Source: Protoeuglena noctilucae (Eukaryota). From it: a DNA stretch of 64,000 nucleotides. The stretch's first letter is position 1. Every line of letters begins with the position of its first letter. Shown here one piece after another: positions 26,433 to 39,591 of this stretch. Below the pieces are notes generated by a model. That model saw only the letters and a list, made by a program, of their open reading frames with translations, made no database searches and had not been told where the DNA came from. The stretch lies in contig OY253670.1 of the NCBI GenBank assembly GCA_958009085.1, positions 1 through 64,000 of the forward strand, read 5' to 3'. The translations under genes and the position numbers were made by a program.

Positions 26433-29400
26433 TCATGCCAGCTCTGTCTGGGGATATTCGCCATCCAGGATTTGGAGGATCTGCGGGGACGAGGAGACGA
26501 GGAGAGGTGTTGTCATGTGTGACGCACGCGCATTGCTGAGGCTGACCAAACGTGGATAGCTGGCAGGTGGGTGAAGTTGCATTCGTGTCTTGCACCTCGT
26601 AAGCGGTGATGGCGATGGCGTCTGCGGCCCGGGTGTCCCCATCCTCGGTGAGCTGCGGGGGAGGGAGTAAGGGAGACATCGAGTCCCTGACATGGGGCAT
26701 GCTCTGTGCAAGAGCACGGGTGCTATGCCTGGGTAGAATGCGCGCGTGACCGTGTGTGCTAGCACGCCGCCAGCCATTGCATCCCTCCCCACCTCGCTGG
26801 CTGCCTCTTGCGCCACCTCGACCAGCAAATCTCTGGCACTCCTGCCCTGCCCCCCTTCCCCACCCGCGGTGGGCGCGTCCCTGGCGCCCGCATGCACGAG
26901 AGCCCGGCACATCGCGGGACCCACGGCCAGGCACCCGGTGGGGAAGGACGCAAACCGCTCGGCCAGGACGTGCAGGGGGGAGTAGCCGCGGGCGTCGAAG
27001 GCGTTGGGGTCGGCGCGGAGGTTGAGAAGGGCGATGGCTGGGAAGGGAGGGATGAGAGAGTGGGGTGAGGAGGGTGCAGGTGGGAGAGGAGCACGAGGTA
27101 GTGTGAGGACGTGCCAAGAGTGGGGCAAGCAACACAGGCCATGAAACAGCAGGGTTAGGGTAACCCTGACCCTCACCGGTGGCCAGGTGTCCCATGTACA
27201 CGGCCAGGTGCAGTGCTGACTCCCCTCGTGCCCTGCGGCCATTGACGTCCGCGCCCTTCTCCACCGCCACCCTGGCCAGCTGCGCCCCCACGGGTTGCCG
27301 GGAGCAGAGGGCCGCGACGTAGACCCACGAGTCGCCGGAGGGGGACAGCAGCCCGGAGAGGTCGGGGAACTGAGGGCGACGAGTGGGGCGAGAGGGATAG
27401 GTTGGGAGGTGAAAGAGAGCAGCATGGGGCGTGGCTCTGCATCTGAGGGCGACGAGTGGGATGCGTTGGCAGGTAGGAGAGAGCAGCATGGGGCCATCGT
27501 TGACATTGAATGCGCCATCACCTGCCGCATCACCGGCAGCACGACCCTCTGCACCATCCCACTCACGTCTCCGTGCAGCAGGGCCATGAAGTCAGGGAAC
27601 AGCGACTCCACCACGCGCTGCTGGTCGCGAGGCACCCCCTGGCCCCTCACCACCACCGGACCTGCCACCGCATGCGAGGGCTCCCCCACCCCCACCCCCA
27701 CCATGCCCGTCAGCACGGCATGGGGCACCGGCGCAGTCGCCTCCTGCTCCGCCTCGCCCCTCTCTTCATGCTCCAGCCCCGCCTCCATGAGCTTCTCCAA
27801 CAGAATTCTCATCTCCACTGGCAGCACCGCCACCGCCTGGGCTGGCGACATCGACAGAGCCTCCGCCAGCTCCCCAGCCGTCTCAATGCTTCCCTGTGCC
27901 ATCTGCGCGCCGCTGTTGGCCTGACTGTGCGGCGCTGGTGGTGCCTTTGCGGCTGACTCGGGAGCCGTGGCTGCCTCGGAGCTGCGATCGCCATCCGTCC
28001 CTGCGGCGTGAGAGCGGCCCTGCTGGTCCTGCGCCCCGCGATCCACCACTTCCCATAACGTCCCAGATGCAGTTCCTGAGCCGAACGCAGCATGTGAGCT
28101 GACGGTGGTCTGTGAGCCCTGGGTTGCAGCAGTGTGCACGCCACTGCCACTGCCACCCCCAGGCGAGGTGTCGCTGCTAGGCTGTCCATTAGGGTCGGGG
28201 ACTCTGATGCTTTCATCGTCGGTGTCCGGGAGCAATCCCTCGTGCTTGGAATGCGTGGGGGTGTCCGCATCTGGAGACCCCAATGGGTCGTGGCCATGCG
28301 ACGCTGCAGGACCTCTCTGCGAACCAGGGCGACCTGCGCCAGGGGTGGGGAGTGTAACAATTACTGTCATGAATGTAACCAGAGATGGCAGGCTGGGTAG
28401 CAAACAGTCCCTGTCATGGCCGTAGTCAGTGGGACAGTCGCCACAGTCGCCGTCTTTGCTAGAGATCAGAGAATCGCAGCCTGCCATGCATGGACGCGCC
28501 GTCACCAGGTCTGGCTTGGCCTCGCCTCCTGGGTGCCTCCGTGACGGTGGGGGAGACGCAGGCGGGGAACCACAGCGTGGCGAGGAAGGACACCAGCAGC
28601 GCCAGAAGGGCGCTGAGAGAGGAGGGGATGGAGCGCGACGGGGGCGGCGCATGAGCCACGTCCACTTGCATCACCGCTGGGGAGGCGAGAGGGCCTGGAA
28701 TGTGACGAGGGTTGGCAAGGGCCAAGGGTTGTTGACGAGGGTCGACAAGGGTCGTTGTGATTGAGACAACCAGCCATCTTGGCGCAGCACCCGTCGGGCA
28801 CTCACGTGGCGCTGTGGACTCGCCATGGGTCGCGATGCTTGCATCCCACGAGCGGGTCAACTCCGCCGCGAGCCTCGCAGCCGTGTCCCTGGCAGCCACT
28901 TGTGCCTGCGTGCGACACACCGAGTGAGATGTCCACCTGAGTTGTCGTCCCATAAGAGCCACAGGCGCAGGCACTTAGGTAAAAACCCACCTGCGTCAAA
29001 GTATCTGCGTCGTCGAGCACCTCGGCTGGCTTGCGGCCCCTCTCGTCTTCCATCAGCAGCGGGTGCGGGCCGAGCGACATGTGCCCCCCCGCAGCGCTGA
29101 GGGCAGGGTGAGGCGGACACGGTGACAGAGCCTCAGCTTGAATCCCACGTGCGCTACGTATGGTTACGTGTCATCTCGCGCGTCACCCGCTCCGCCCTCG
29201 GCTCTCCCAGTGCCGCATCAGCGAGGCCACGACCTTCACACCACGCGCCCACCCCACCTCCACCGCCACGTGCGCGGCGTTGCGGCCGGCCGCGTCCCTC
29301 ATCCGCAGCGCCTCCACCGCATGCATCGCGGCCCCGCCGCCGCCGGCCAGCGTCAGCAGAAGGGCTGCGCACGGGCGAGCCAGGCGGTGGGCGGGGGTGA

Positions 29401-29720
29401 CAAGACCAGCGGCAGGACTCACAGCTGCGCCCGCTGGTTTCAATGCCTACCTTCCAACGTGTGGTCCTCTCCCAGCCCCCTCTTCGCGACTTCCCACGCC
29501 CCGTGGGTGCGAATGAGGCCGTGGAGCCACGGCGTGTCGTGCGCATCGACGGAGCGGACGATGCCGCAAAGAAGCGCCGCATCGGCAGTCGCCAGCGCCT
29601 TGTACGGGGGCCTGCCTGGGCACCAGTGGAGAACGGTCGCCATGCCTGCGCGAAACGAGCAGCGAGTCTGCGATCTACGGAGGAAGAGGCAATTGCTCAC
29701 TGATTTTCGTCGTATATTCA
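26433..29720 (-). CDS. Ankyrin-repeat protein (one or two genes; structure uncertain)
   Basis: Ankyrin-like segments: EKGADVNGRRARGESALHLAVYMGHL, LLNLRADPNAFDARGYSPLHVLA, RDAAGRNAAHVAVEVGWARGVKVV and EDERGRKPAEV. Confidence 0.65.
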
Positions 29721-30099
29721 TGGCAGGCGTCTCGATGCGGTCTCGTGGAATCAAGGACCACGTCGTGGCTGACTGCGGGCCGATTCGGACGCAACGCCGG
29801 GAGCTGCAGCACCTCTAGGCCCACGCACCGTCTGTCGCAGTGCGAGGCGCCGGTGGATGGGGATGGCCATCCATCCACCGCGCTCAAGTGTCAGAGATGT
29901 CAGATGTAGAGCAAGTGGAATACGAGTGCGACGCTTGTTCCCCGATGCGCCGGAACTTCTCGCAACTTGCAGGCGCGGCACGCAAAGGACAAAGCGCTAA
30001 CGCGCTTAGGAGGTCAGAAAGTCTACCAGTGTTCAATCGAACGTGTTAATCAGCACCTCAGTGCCTTCCTGCAGTGCCCTCCGCGCCCGCCTCCGTCTC

Positions 30100-30811
30100 A
30101 TGGCATTCCTCGCGGGCGTTTTGGCTTCCCGCGCCCCGCTCCTCCTCGCGCGGAATCCCTTTGCGCTCGCCAGGCGCCCCGTGCGAGTATCGACTGCTGC
30201 GATGGGCTCCGAGGCCCCGCACCTCTCCGAGCGGCGCTGCCAGGCCTGCGAGGGCGGCCTGCCAGTGATCCCGGAGGACCAGGCCCGGGTGAGCGCGGTT
30301 GCTTCGATCGTTTGCTTGTCAGGAAAGAGAACCGTTTGTTTTAGAGCATGAGACTCTCCGCGCCCGACGCAGAAGCTTGTGGAGGCGATCCCCGCCTGGA
30401 CGCTGCACTGCCCGGCAGGCGGGCCCTGGCAGCTCAGCCGGCGGTGGAGGGCGCGGAATTTCGCCAGCGCCCTGGCCATGTGCAACAAAATTGGAGGTGA
30501 GAGAGTCCACGCTCGGGTCTCTAGGGTCTCTCTAGGGTCCCCCGGGTGCCGTGGGTCGCCTGCACAACGCTGGTCGCCTGCACAACGTCTTGCCATCCAC
30601 CCTGCCCCCCTCGACGCTCACAGAGGTGGCCGAGTCGGAGGGTCACCACCCCGATCTACACCTGACCGGCTACAACATGCTGCGTGTCGATTTGTCCACG
30701 CACGCGGTGGGGGGACTGTCGGAGAACGACTTCATTCTGGCGGCCAAGATCGACTGCCTGAGCTTCGAGGGGCTGCTCAGCAAGAAGCCCCAGCCACAGG
30801 GCATCGAGTGA
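30100..30811 (+). CDS. PCD: Pterin-4-alpha-carbinolamine dehydratase with organellar transit peptide
   Basis: LSERRCQACEGG, RNFASALAMCNKIG/EVAESEGHHPDLHL and STHAVGGLSENDFILAAKID. Three exons, with an Ala/Arg/Leu-rich N-terminus. Confidence 0.95.
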
Positions 30812-30989
30812 GGGTGGGTGCTATGCCACCGCATGAACAAGGAAACACGAATCATGGTTGTGTGTATGTGCACACGTGTGCGAGCCTGAGCAAGGCCTGT
30901 GAGGATGCAGGACCTGCAGCCCCGCCTGCCGTCGCTAGAGCCCAGCTCCGTCCGTCCCATCCCCACTTTGCCTGGGTGCGGGCTTCGAA

Positions 30990-33900
30990 TCCTGCGAAGA
31001 TGCAATGGGAACAAACCCTGAGCCACGCGCTGCAACACCGAGCCAGGGAGATTGTCCCGCACCCGCTGCCCATCGCTCGCCTGGTCAGCCTCCGCGCAGG
31101 GCCCCTCGTCCTTCCCTCTCCGATCCAGGGGCACCAGCTGCAGGCCGTCCGAGCAGGGGATGTCCACCCTGGCACTGCGCTGCTCCAGGCCCTGCGCGGC
31201 GAGGCGGGGGGTGCAGCCGCCCTCGCTGCCCTTCCGGCTCAGCCCCTCCAGGTCCGCCCACGGCTCGCTGCCCGCCTCCAGGTCTGCCTCGGACCAGGCG
31301 TCCATGCGAGGGTCGCCCTGGCCCTCAGAGGACCCCCGCGTGTTGGGCATGCCGTAGATGCCCCGGGCGGGCTCCACGTCGATGCGCGCCCCGCCCGAGG
31401 CGCCGCCCACGAGGGCGAAGAAGTTGCCGATCGTGTCGAGGTCCAGCGCCAGCCGCGGGCGCAGCGCCGCCTCCGCGTCCGCCCGCGCCCTCCGCACCCC
31501 CGCCAGCACCCCCCGGCAGGCGGCCAGCACGTCCCAGGCGTCCTCGGGGCGCGGCTGCCGTCGCGCCACGTGGGCGAGGGAGAGGAGGGCGCGGCGGACG
31601 GGGGCGCAGTCGGGGTCGTCGGTCACCAGCCTCGCGAGGGCGTCGGCGTCACGCAGCAGCGACTGGGGCACGTCCAGGGGAGGGGGGGTAGGCGGCGCGG
31701 TGGGGGCCGAGGGCAGCGCGGGTCTCGCGGACCGCTCCCGGGCGGCCGACTTCTCCCGGCCCTGCCCATGTGCAGGGTTGGCAGTGCGTGTCAGCCACCG
31801 AGGGCCCAGGCCGTTGAGGAGGACGAGGCCCAGGGGCGCAGTCTGAGGGCAAGGGAGAGTGCGGTGGTCAGCGACAGCGTCGCTTGCATGTTGCAGGGCC
31901 GTGTTGCGCAGATGTGACCTTACCAGGATGATGGAGAGCACAGCCGTGGCCAGGACGTCCCTTGCGTACTTGACGTACGCGTCGTGGTGGGGGTGACCCT
32001 CGGGGAAGGCGCGCATGACCATGTCGAGGGGGGTGCTGGCCAGAGCAGCCTGCACTGTGGCCTTGGGTATCCACGAGAGGGCGATGAAGCCGCGCTCTTT
32101 GAGTGAGAGGCCCCCGTTGGGGCCGCCCTGGGGAGGGGCCACGCCAGCAAGTCAGTTTGTTGATGCTTGTGCTGGGCGATGGGGTGGCTGCTAGTGCGGG
32201 GATAGGGCGAGCAGCAGCAGCGTCGCTCACCCACAGGACCGAGAAGGCCACGGTCAGCCGCACGAGCAGCCCCACGGCCAGGGTGCCGATGGCGCGGGGG
32301 ACGACGTCGGCCGACAGCGCACGGAAGTCGACCTCAGCCCCAATGGCGCTGAAGAGCAGCGGCTGCGGGCACAGCGAAAGTGGCACACTCCTCCTTGCAA
32401 GCCCCGTCATGCAGTGCTTGAGGGTTAGCTTCGCCCGGGCCGGTTCCTTTCTTGCCTGCGCCAGGACCTTCCAGACTTGCGCCATGTCGTGCTCCGTCTC
32501 GTGGGCGAAGTCGTGGCTGGGGCCGAGGCTCAGGAAGCGGGGGAAGCCCGCCTGCCACGCGACCATGGCCAGCAGGCCACCGCTCAGGGCCCCGAGCGCC
32601 CCCGCAGCCGTTAGGTGCAGGGTGCTCATCAGGTACATCTGTGCGGCGGTGAGAGCCAGGGTGGCCAGGGAGCGCTTGAGGCGGGAGTTCCAAAGAGCGG
32701 TGGCGCTCAACATGAGGGCCAGGGTGATGCCGGACAACAGGCCGACGCCCACGGCCTGGGAGGGGAGAGAGAGGCGGCGGGTGGGTGTTTGCTCAGCAAG
32801 CATAAAACTCGGGCGTGTTTGTGTGGCGCAGCTGTCCGGTGGCTCGCCATGGGTCCGTGGAGCACGTTCTTCCACAGGGCGCCCCCCGAAGGGACGGCGA
32901 GCCCCGAGCAGAGGCTGAATCCCATAATGGCGGTGACGTCATCCAGAGACGAGGCGGCCACCACCAGGGAGGGAATGCCCTTGTCGATGCTGCAAGACAG
33001 CGGTGGATTGCCGGGGGATGGGGTTATTAGCACGCGGCAGGTCGTGGGTGTGGTGTGGAGTCGCACATTGGGTGACTCTCGCTCACCCGTATCCCGCCTT
33101 CTGCAGCGCAAACATGCCCGACACGACGACGGCGGGCGACACGGCCCCGAGGATGAAACCGAGCGAGAGCCCCATGAAGACGGGGAGGCCCAGCGTGGCG
33201 ACTGGGGGGGCGGGACGGGGCAAGGTGGGTACTGCACTGCTGCTGTCGGGCACGAGGCTGCCAGCCTTGCGATGTTCTGTGACCTCACCCGAGAGAGCCC
33301 CGGCGACGAGCGCCTCCGAGGTGCCGGGGCAGACGGTCAGGCGCATGGCGATGCCCCCGGCTCTCTTGACCGCGCGCCAGTCGAGCTCCCTGCGTGGATG
33401 CAGGTGCAAGCGGTTCCTTTGCCGGTGCTGCCGTGGCATGCGCTTGGGCTTCGCCGTGTGTCCACTCACAGTCCCGATCGGAGGAGGATGAGTGCCAGCC
33501 CGCCAGAGCGGATGGCCTCGGACCACGAGTAGGCGAATCCTTTGACGGGGTCGAAGGGAAGATTGCGCAGGAGCAAGCCTGCTAGGAGCATCCCCAGGAG
33601 GGGCGGCACACGCAGGCGCTCGCACAGGTACGCCAGGGCGTGGGCGGTGGCCCAGAGGAGGAAGGTGGCGAAGCCCGTGTGGCCCGGGCGCATGAGGTCG
33701 CCAAAGAGGAAGAAGAGGGCCAGGTAGACCAGGCCGGCCAGGGCCACCCAGAACGCCACGTCGCGCACCGCGGCGCCGTCGGAACGCGGGGTCCGGGGCC
33801 ACGGCCCGCAGGCCTGCGTGGAGGGCGCAGGTTGGGCGGCATGGGGAGCGGCCAGGGGTCCGCATGACAAGGCTGTGAGGTGGGTGTATGGTTGCGTATG

Positions 33901-33990
33901 GCTGCGTGTATTGCATGCATGGTGGCAGGCAGGTACGGGGATTACGGGCGCCGAGGGCCAAGATAGAGGTTTTCTGTTCCACGTGCATCA
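30990..33990 (-). CDS. Na+/H+ antiporter, NHA/SLC9B (CPA2) family
   Basis: PPLLGMLLAGLLLRN, LALILLRSGL/ELD, LGAVSPAVVV..M..LQKAGYG/IDKGIPSLVVAASSLDD, QPLLFSAIGAEVDF, KERGFIALSWIPKATVQAAL and AVLSIIL/TAPLG. Start and stop are approximate. Confidence 0.9.
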
Positions 33991-34421
33991 ATGTTACTGT
34001 TTTGCGACGGAAAGGGGCCCCTGTATGGCGCCATAGATGGCCGGCGCGGCGGGGCGGGCACGATTGACCTTGCGACACATGAGCTGTCCACGCGCCCGGC
34101 GCAGCCTCTTGCCCCGACTTAGCGCACCTTGCACTTCGACTTTGACATGTTGAAGCTTGCTTGATGCTCGTTTTGCCCAAATTCGCACTGCAGAGCACTG
34201 CAGGCGGGCCTTGCTAGGTCAGCGAGTGTTCCAGCCCCTTGCTCAGCTACGGCTGCGCGCCGACGCTCTTTAAGCACTGCGGGTTGTTAAAGTATACACG
34301 CAAACCGCTTTAAGCGCGATTTAGTCCTCTAAGCAGAAAAGACAGGTGTTCGTCTGACACGGGGGAGACCTGGGGCAAAGCGCGCCCACTCGCGCGCATC
34401 GCTGCCGCTCTCTCGCAGCTC

Positions 34422-37400
34422 CTACGGCGCCCCCGCGTCCCTCGCGAGGCTCGGCAATGCCCCCGCCCACACGTCCTCGCGCACCGCCAAGACGAGCATG
34501 GCCCCCAGTCCCAGCAGCACGGGGCCGGCGAGCATCCACTTGAAGAGACGGTAGAAGTGGATGTGGAAGGAGAGGGTGAACTCGTCCGTGAAGACATTCG
34601 AGTGGCGGTCCTCGAGAGTGACGATGACGCCGCCCGACACGCGGGACTGCGAGTGAAGATCAAGGGAAGGGCGGTGGGGCCTGGGGGAGTGGGGGGATGG
34701 CAGCGGTAGGGCGGCAAGGGTGGCGAGGCAGGCCATCAGCAGCTGCGGCGCGGCGCTGCTTGTGCCCCCCACACCCCTTGCCTTGGGTGCGGGTATCTCG
34801 ACCGTGTAGGTCCCCGGCTTGTCGCACGTGCGCACCATGCCGATCTTTGGCTCGTCGCCGTCGTTCATGGCCTCGATGTTGATGCCATCCAGCATCACCT
34901 GCGTAAGTGGAGGTGGAACCGCCTCACTCGCTCACCACCACCGCACGCAGGTCGCCATAGATCGCACCGTCGCTAACTCCACTCACGCATCAGCACCGCA
35001 TTCGGGGAGTGGATGCCACATCCATTCATGGTCACCTGGAGGTTGTAGTCCCCCGGCATCCCGGGCCTCCACGCCGCGTCCACCACGTCGATCTGCAGCG
35101 TGACCGTCTGCCCCCGCACGTCCCGATAGGCACGCGAGGCGGGGGTGGCCGCAGCCCCTCTCCAGCCGGGCATGATTGCGGGGCCGTTGGGAAGGGAGGG
35201 CGCCCGCACGGCCAGGATGGGGTGCGCCTGGACGTTGGTCTCAAAGGCAAAGACGTTGCCATTCATGGTGGCCAGTACCACCTCCATGGCTCCGTCACCA
35301 TCTGTGGAGATGGGGAACGAGATGGGGGGTTGGGCAGGGAGAGAGGTGTTGGTATGTACCGGGACAAACAAAGTTGATGAGCAACCGAACGCAGCGGGCG
35401 ATGGGCGAGGCGGAGAGCAGAGTGAAGCACACGCATGACTTGCACCATCGATGGCGTACGACTCCCATGCTGCCTGCCTCTCCCGCCCCCCGTCATCTCT
35501 GCTCACCCAGGTCCTCCACCAGTGGCATGGCATACGACACCTCCCCCACGTCCGCCCGGTCCGCGCACGCCTCGGCAGAGTCGATGAGGTACAGGTGGCC
35601 GTCGAAGGAGGCAGCGGCGATGAGGGAGCGCTTCCACACTGATGGGGGAGAAAGGGTGGAGCAGGAGACGTGAGACACCGAGCGTCGATAGGCAGAGAAA
35701 TGTGGTGGAGCATGAGATACGAGACACCGAGCGTCGCATGGCAGGCACGCGCCTCCATTAACAGTGCGTTTGCCACTCATATCCTCTACCAACAGGCCGT
35801 CGCCACGTGCCGTATCGCCCACTTCCCCGGCGCACTCACCCGGCGCGCGCACCAGCGACAGGGGCGCCATGATCTGCCCCGCCGTCTGGAAGGGGAACCC
35901 CGGCGCCTCCTCCCCCGTGGCCCCCCTCAGGACGTGCACCCTCCCGTCACTCCCCGCCAGCAGCACCTCGAGGGCGCCGTCCCCGTCCACGTCGCCGGCC
36001 ACGGGGGACGTGGCGATCTGCGGAGAGAGGGGTGGCGTGATGTGCGATGCGAGTGTGAGGCGAGGGGCACTACCCGGCACATCTCCACATGCAGAGCCGT
36101 GCGTGCATCTCCGCACAGTGTCAGTCGCGGTTGCATCTGTGCACAGTGACAGCCAATCGTGTGTCCTCATTGGCCCACGCCTGTGCTGCCCTTGCCTTGG
36201 TCGCCAGGTGCCGCTTCCACACCACGCCCCCGCCCATGTCGAACACGACCAGGTTGCCATTCATGTCCGCCACCAGCACCTGAGGCGACCCCTTCCCAGC
36301 CACGTCCGCCACTAGAGGCTGTGCCTGCACCTCACCCATCTGCACCGGCCAGCCGGGCATGGGGCGGCCTGGGTAGAGCGGGGTGGGAGGGGGGTAAGAA
36401 TTGCGTCTGTTAACACTAATGCAAGAAAAATGTCACCTTTCACAGACACCCTCACACTCCCACGCCCCTCCCTCACCTGCCGCATCCAGCACGTACACCC
36501 TCCCCTCCCTCACCTGACGCACTTCATACATCACCACGCCCCCTCCCTCACCTGCCGCATCCAGCACGTACACCCTCCCCGTCCCCGTGGCTGCGATGAT
36601 CTCCGGGCGCCCGTCCGCGTCCATGTCCACGACAGAGGGAGTGGAGAACATGCGGGCCTGGGGGGACAGAGAGGAGACGGGATGAAGGACGGCTGTCTGT
36701 AAAGTGGCATGGCGCATCGGAAACGCCTGCAGCCATTCCACCCCCCCTCTACCTCATCTGCCACTGCGACTGCGTCCCCACATAGCACCCCATGCACCCA
36801 CCCACCCCTCACCTGGTACCGCGTCCCCTTGCTGGACAGGTCCAGCACCCTCACCTCACCCCCACCCACCCCTCACCTGGTACCGCGTCCCCTTGCTGGA
36901 CAGGTCCAGCACCCGCGACCACCGCACGCGCCGGGTGCGCGCCTCCACGGCCACCAGCCCCGCCGCCACGAAGCTCGACACGCGGTGCGCCTCCCCCACG
37001 GGCAGGTCCGCCTCGTGCGCCCCCTTGTCCCAGTACGCCCGCCCCTCGTCGAACTGCCACGACACGGGCACCACCAGCACCTGGGCACCCGGGTCGCTGT
37101 CGGAGGATGGCTGCTGGTAGAAGGTGAACTGGGCGGGGGCGGCCAGGACCTTGGGGGGCAGGTACGCGCTCTCCTCGTGGGGGTAGGGGGCGGGGCGGGC
37201 GTGGGGGGGGGAGGGGAGGGAGGGGCCACAGAGGTCCGTGTCCCGTATCAGCTCTTGGATGGAGGCTGGGGGAGAGAGAGGGGAGGGGATGGGGTTAGTG
37301 GTGTATGGGTAGTAGTGGCAGTGCGCGTGCAAGCACCGCCGCAGCAGACGGTCCCATGCCTCTCTTCCCCACCCCATCGCTACTCTCACACAACCCCCAC

Positions 37401-39003
37401 CGGATCTCTCACCGATGACCTCTTTGTTCGCGGCCGGCAGCTCCTCCCCGTCACTGAAGAGTCCCCCCCAGTAACCCCAGAAGTTCTCGTCGTCCGCCCC
37501 GGGCACCACGTCCGGCTCATCCGCATACGAGCCGGCATCCGACACGACAGGCGTGGAGACATCCACTGCGGGGCACGGGCAGAGCGACTGTGGCATGAGT
37601 GCTGGGCAGCGAGCGTGGCAGGAGTGCTGGGCAGCGAGCGTGGCATGAATGCTGGGGCAAGCAGAGCGGCATGCCGTTCCAGGCAGCCCCTCGCCTGGTG
37701 CTTGAGTCAGCTGCCGGGTCGCCTCGCCATCCCCAGCCCCTCGCGTGTTCCCTGTCCCGCCATCTGCGACGCCCTCGCCCCTCTGCACTCCCACCCCCAC
37801 TGCCCCATCCATGTCGGCCGACTGCAGTCGCCTCAAGTGGTCGGCGGGGGGTGGGGTCGGGGGCGATGCGGAGGGCCCTCGCGCCTGGGATGCTGCGGGC
37901 AAGCAAAGCACGAGGGGTGAGCGGGGCATAAGGGGTGAGGTGGGCATGGCGGTGACGGGGGCATGCGGGGTGAGCCAGCAGGCACCCTCCGCCTGTCATA
38001 TCCGTGACGAAAGCGCACATCCACTTGATCCCTCTCGCATCCCCTCCCTCTCTCACCGACCAGCCCCTCGAGGTAGCTGAGCTCCACGCGCAGAGGCGCG
38101 ATGTATGTGGTGCTGAAGGGCCTGGGCTCGCCAAACTCCGTGAAGTAGTGGATGACGCCGTCGTAGGAGATCACAGCCACTTCCCTCGTGCCATCTGAGG
38201 GGTTGCGGGAGGGCGGTTGCGTGAGGGCATGGGTGGGTGTGACGGGCGGTGTGCGTGCGTGCATGCGTGTGTGTGTGTGCGCCCACTCGCCCACTTCCAC
38301 ATCCAGCATGAAGGGGGAGCTGTAGGTGGTGCCGCGGAACGTGGCGGGGAAGCCGGGGGGGCGCGCCCCAGTTGGGCCCTCTGCGAAGGTGGGCGGAAGG
38401 GGGGGTTAGCTGAGCGGGCCACAACACACACGGGGTGGTCTGAGGAGTGGGAAGATGGGAAGGGCCAGCACGACGCCAACTGCACCCCACTTCGATATAT
38501 ACGCAGCATCGCCGTCTCACCCAGCGCCTCGAGGTTCTCCACAAAGGTGGGGACGACGATGTCCAGGACGCCGTCGTGGCGCAGGTCGGTGATGAGGGGC
38601 GTGGCGTACACGGACGCGGCCGTCTCGGTCATCCATCTGTGGATGAAAGGAGACGAAACACTCGCGCATCGGAGCCATGGCGCCGCGGCTTGAGGGCCCC
38701 GCGCGACCGGGAAACGCACTTGAGGTTCAGCCCCCGGTCGCAGCGCTTGAGCGTGGCGCCGTGGGTGTGCGGGTCGTGGTCGGGGTCGGAATCCGGCCTG
38801 GCGCGCGTGAATTCGTTGCCGGGGACCTCGACGTCCGCATCGGAGAGCACGGGGCGCGACAAGACCTCAAGGCACGCGGACGGGTGCGAGAGGAGGGCTA
38901 GCGCGGCCACGACGGCGGCGATGCACGCGCGCACGGTACAGAGCGAGCCGCAGATACGGTGCGCGCCTCGAGGCGACGCAATGGTGGGCCCCGGACACGC
39001 CAT
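34422..39003 (-). CDS. DEX1: DEFECTIVE IN EXINE FORMATION 1-like FG-GAP-repeat membrane protein
   Basis: Signal-like N-terminus, [34 protein letters not shown] repeats ([48 protein letters not shown]), [12 protein letters not shown] and C-terminal [21 protein letters not shown] plus a TM helix. Confidence 0.92.
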
Positions 39004-39591
39004 GGCCGCGCGGGCGCCCCGTCACAGGGGCTCTGCGTGGCGGGATCCCCCCGCGCCGCGCCGAGGAGAAAGGAGGCGCAGGATGCGCTCTGATGCGAAA
39101 TAAAAGTAGTCAGGAAACGCCAGCCAATGTTCCTGTGTTAAAAGTCTCGCGCAGAGATTCGCCAAAGAAGGGGGACTAGCAATGGCACGTGTCGACAGCC
39201 AAGACAGGGCCGCGAGAGGCGCGCAATGCCCCCGGATCCCACCGCAACGCAACGACAGGGTCGGTGCAGCTTTTCGCCCATCCCTTGACACCCAGATGAC
39301 ACATCTGGCATCATTTCGACAGAGTTTGGGCTCGTCAGAGGTCAGCCGTCCCAGCCAAATCGCGCCTGCGGTATTTGTGACTTCCTACTCATGATGGAAG
39401 CACGCCATGTGTCATAAGCGTCTATAAACTCCCAGTCATCCCGCATTCCCAACCCCTTGCGCTATGAGTCGAAGTTGGCAAGCGCCGTAAAGCTGTGAGA
39501 CGACCTGCATCGGCGAGGGCTGTCGCACGGAGCCCGGGCGCAGAGCCCCGGCCACTCTTGCCGCACGGAGCAGAACACCTTGCACAGCGCC

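Noticed and set aside
30670..30990. NHA C-terminus overlapping PCD in antisense
   Set aside because: The open frame opposite a GC3-rich exon is probably a shadow. The true NHA end cannot be fixed without transcripts.
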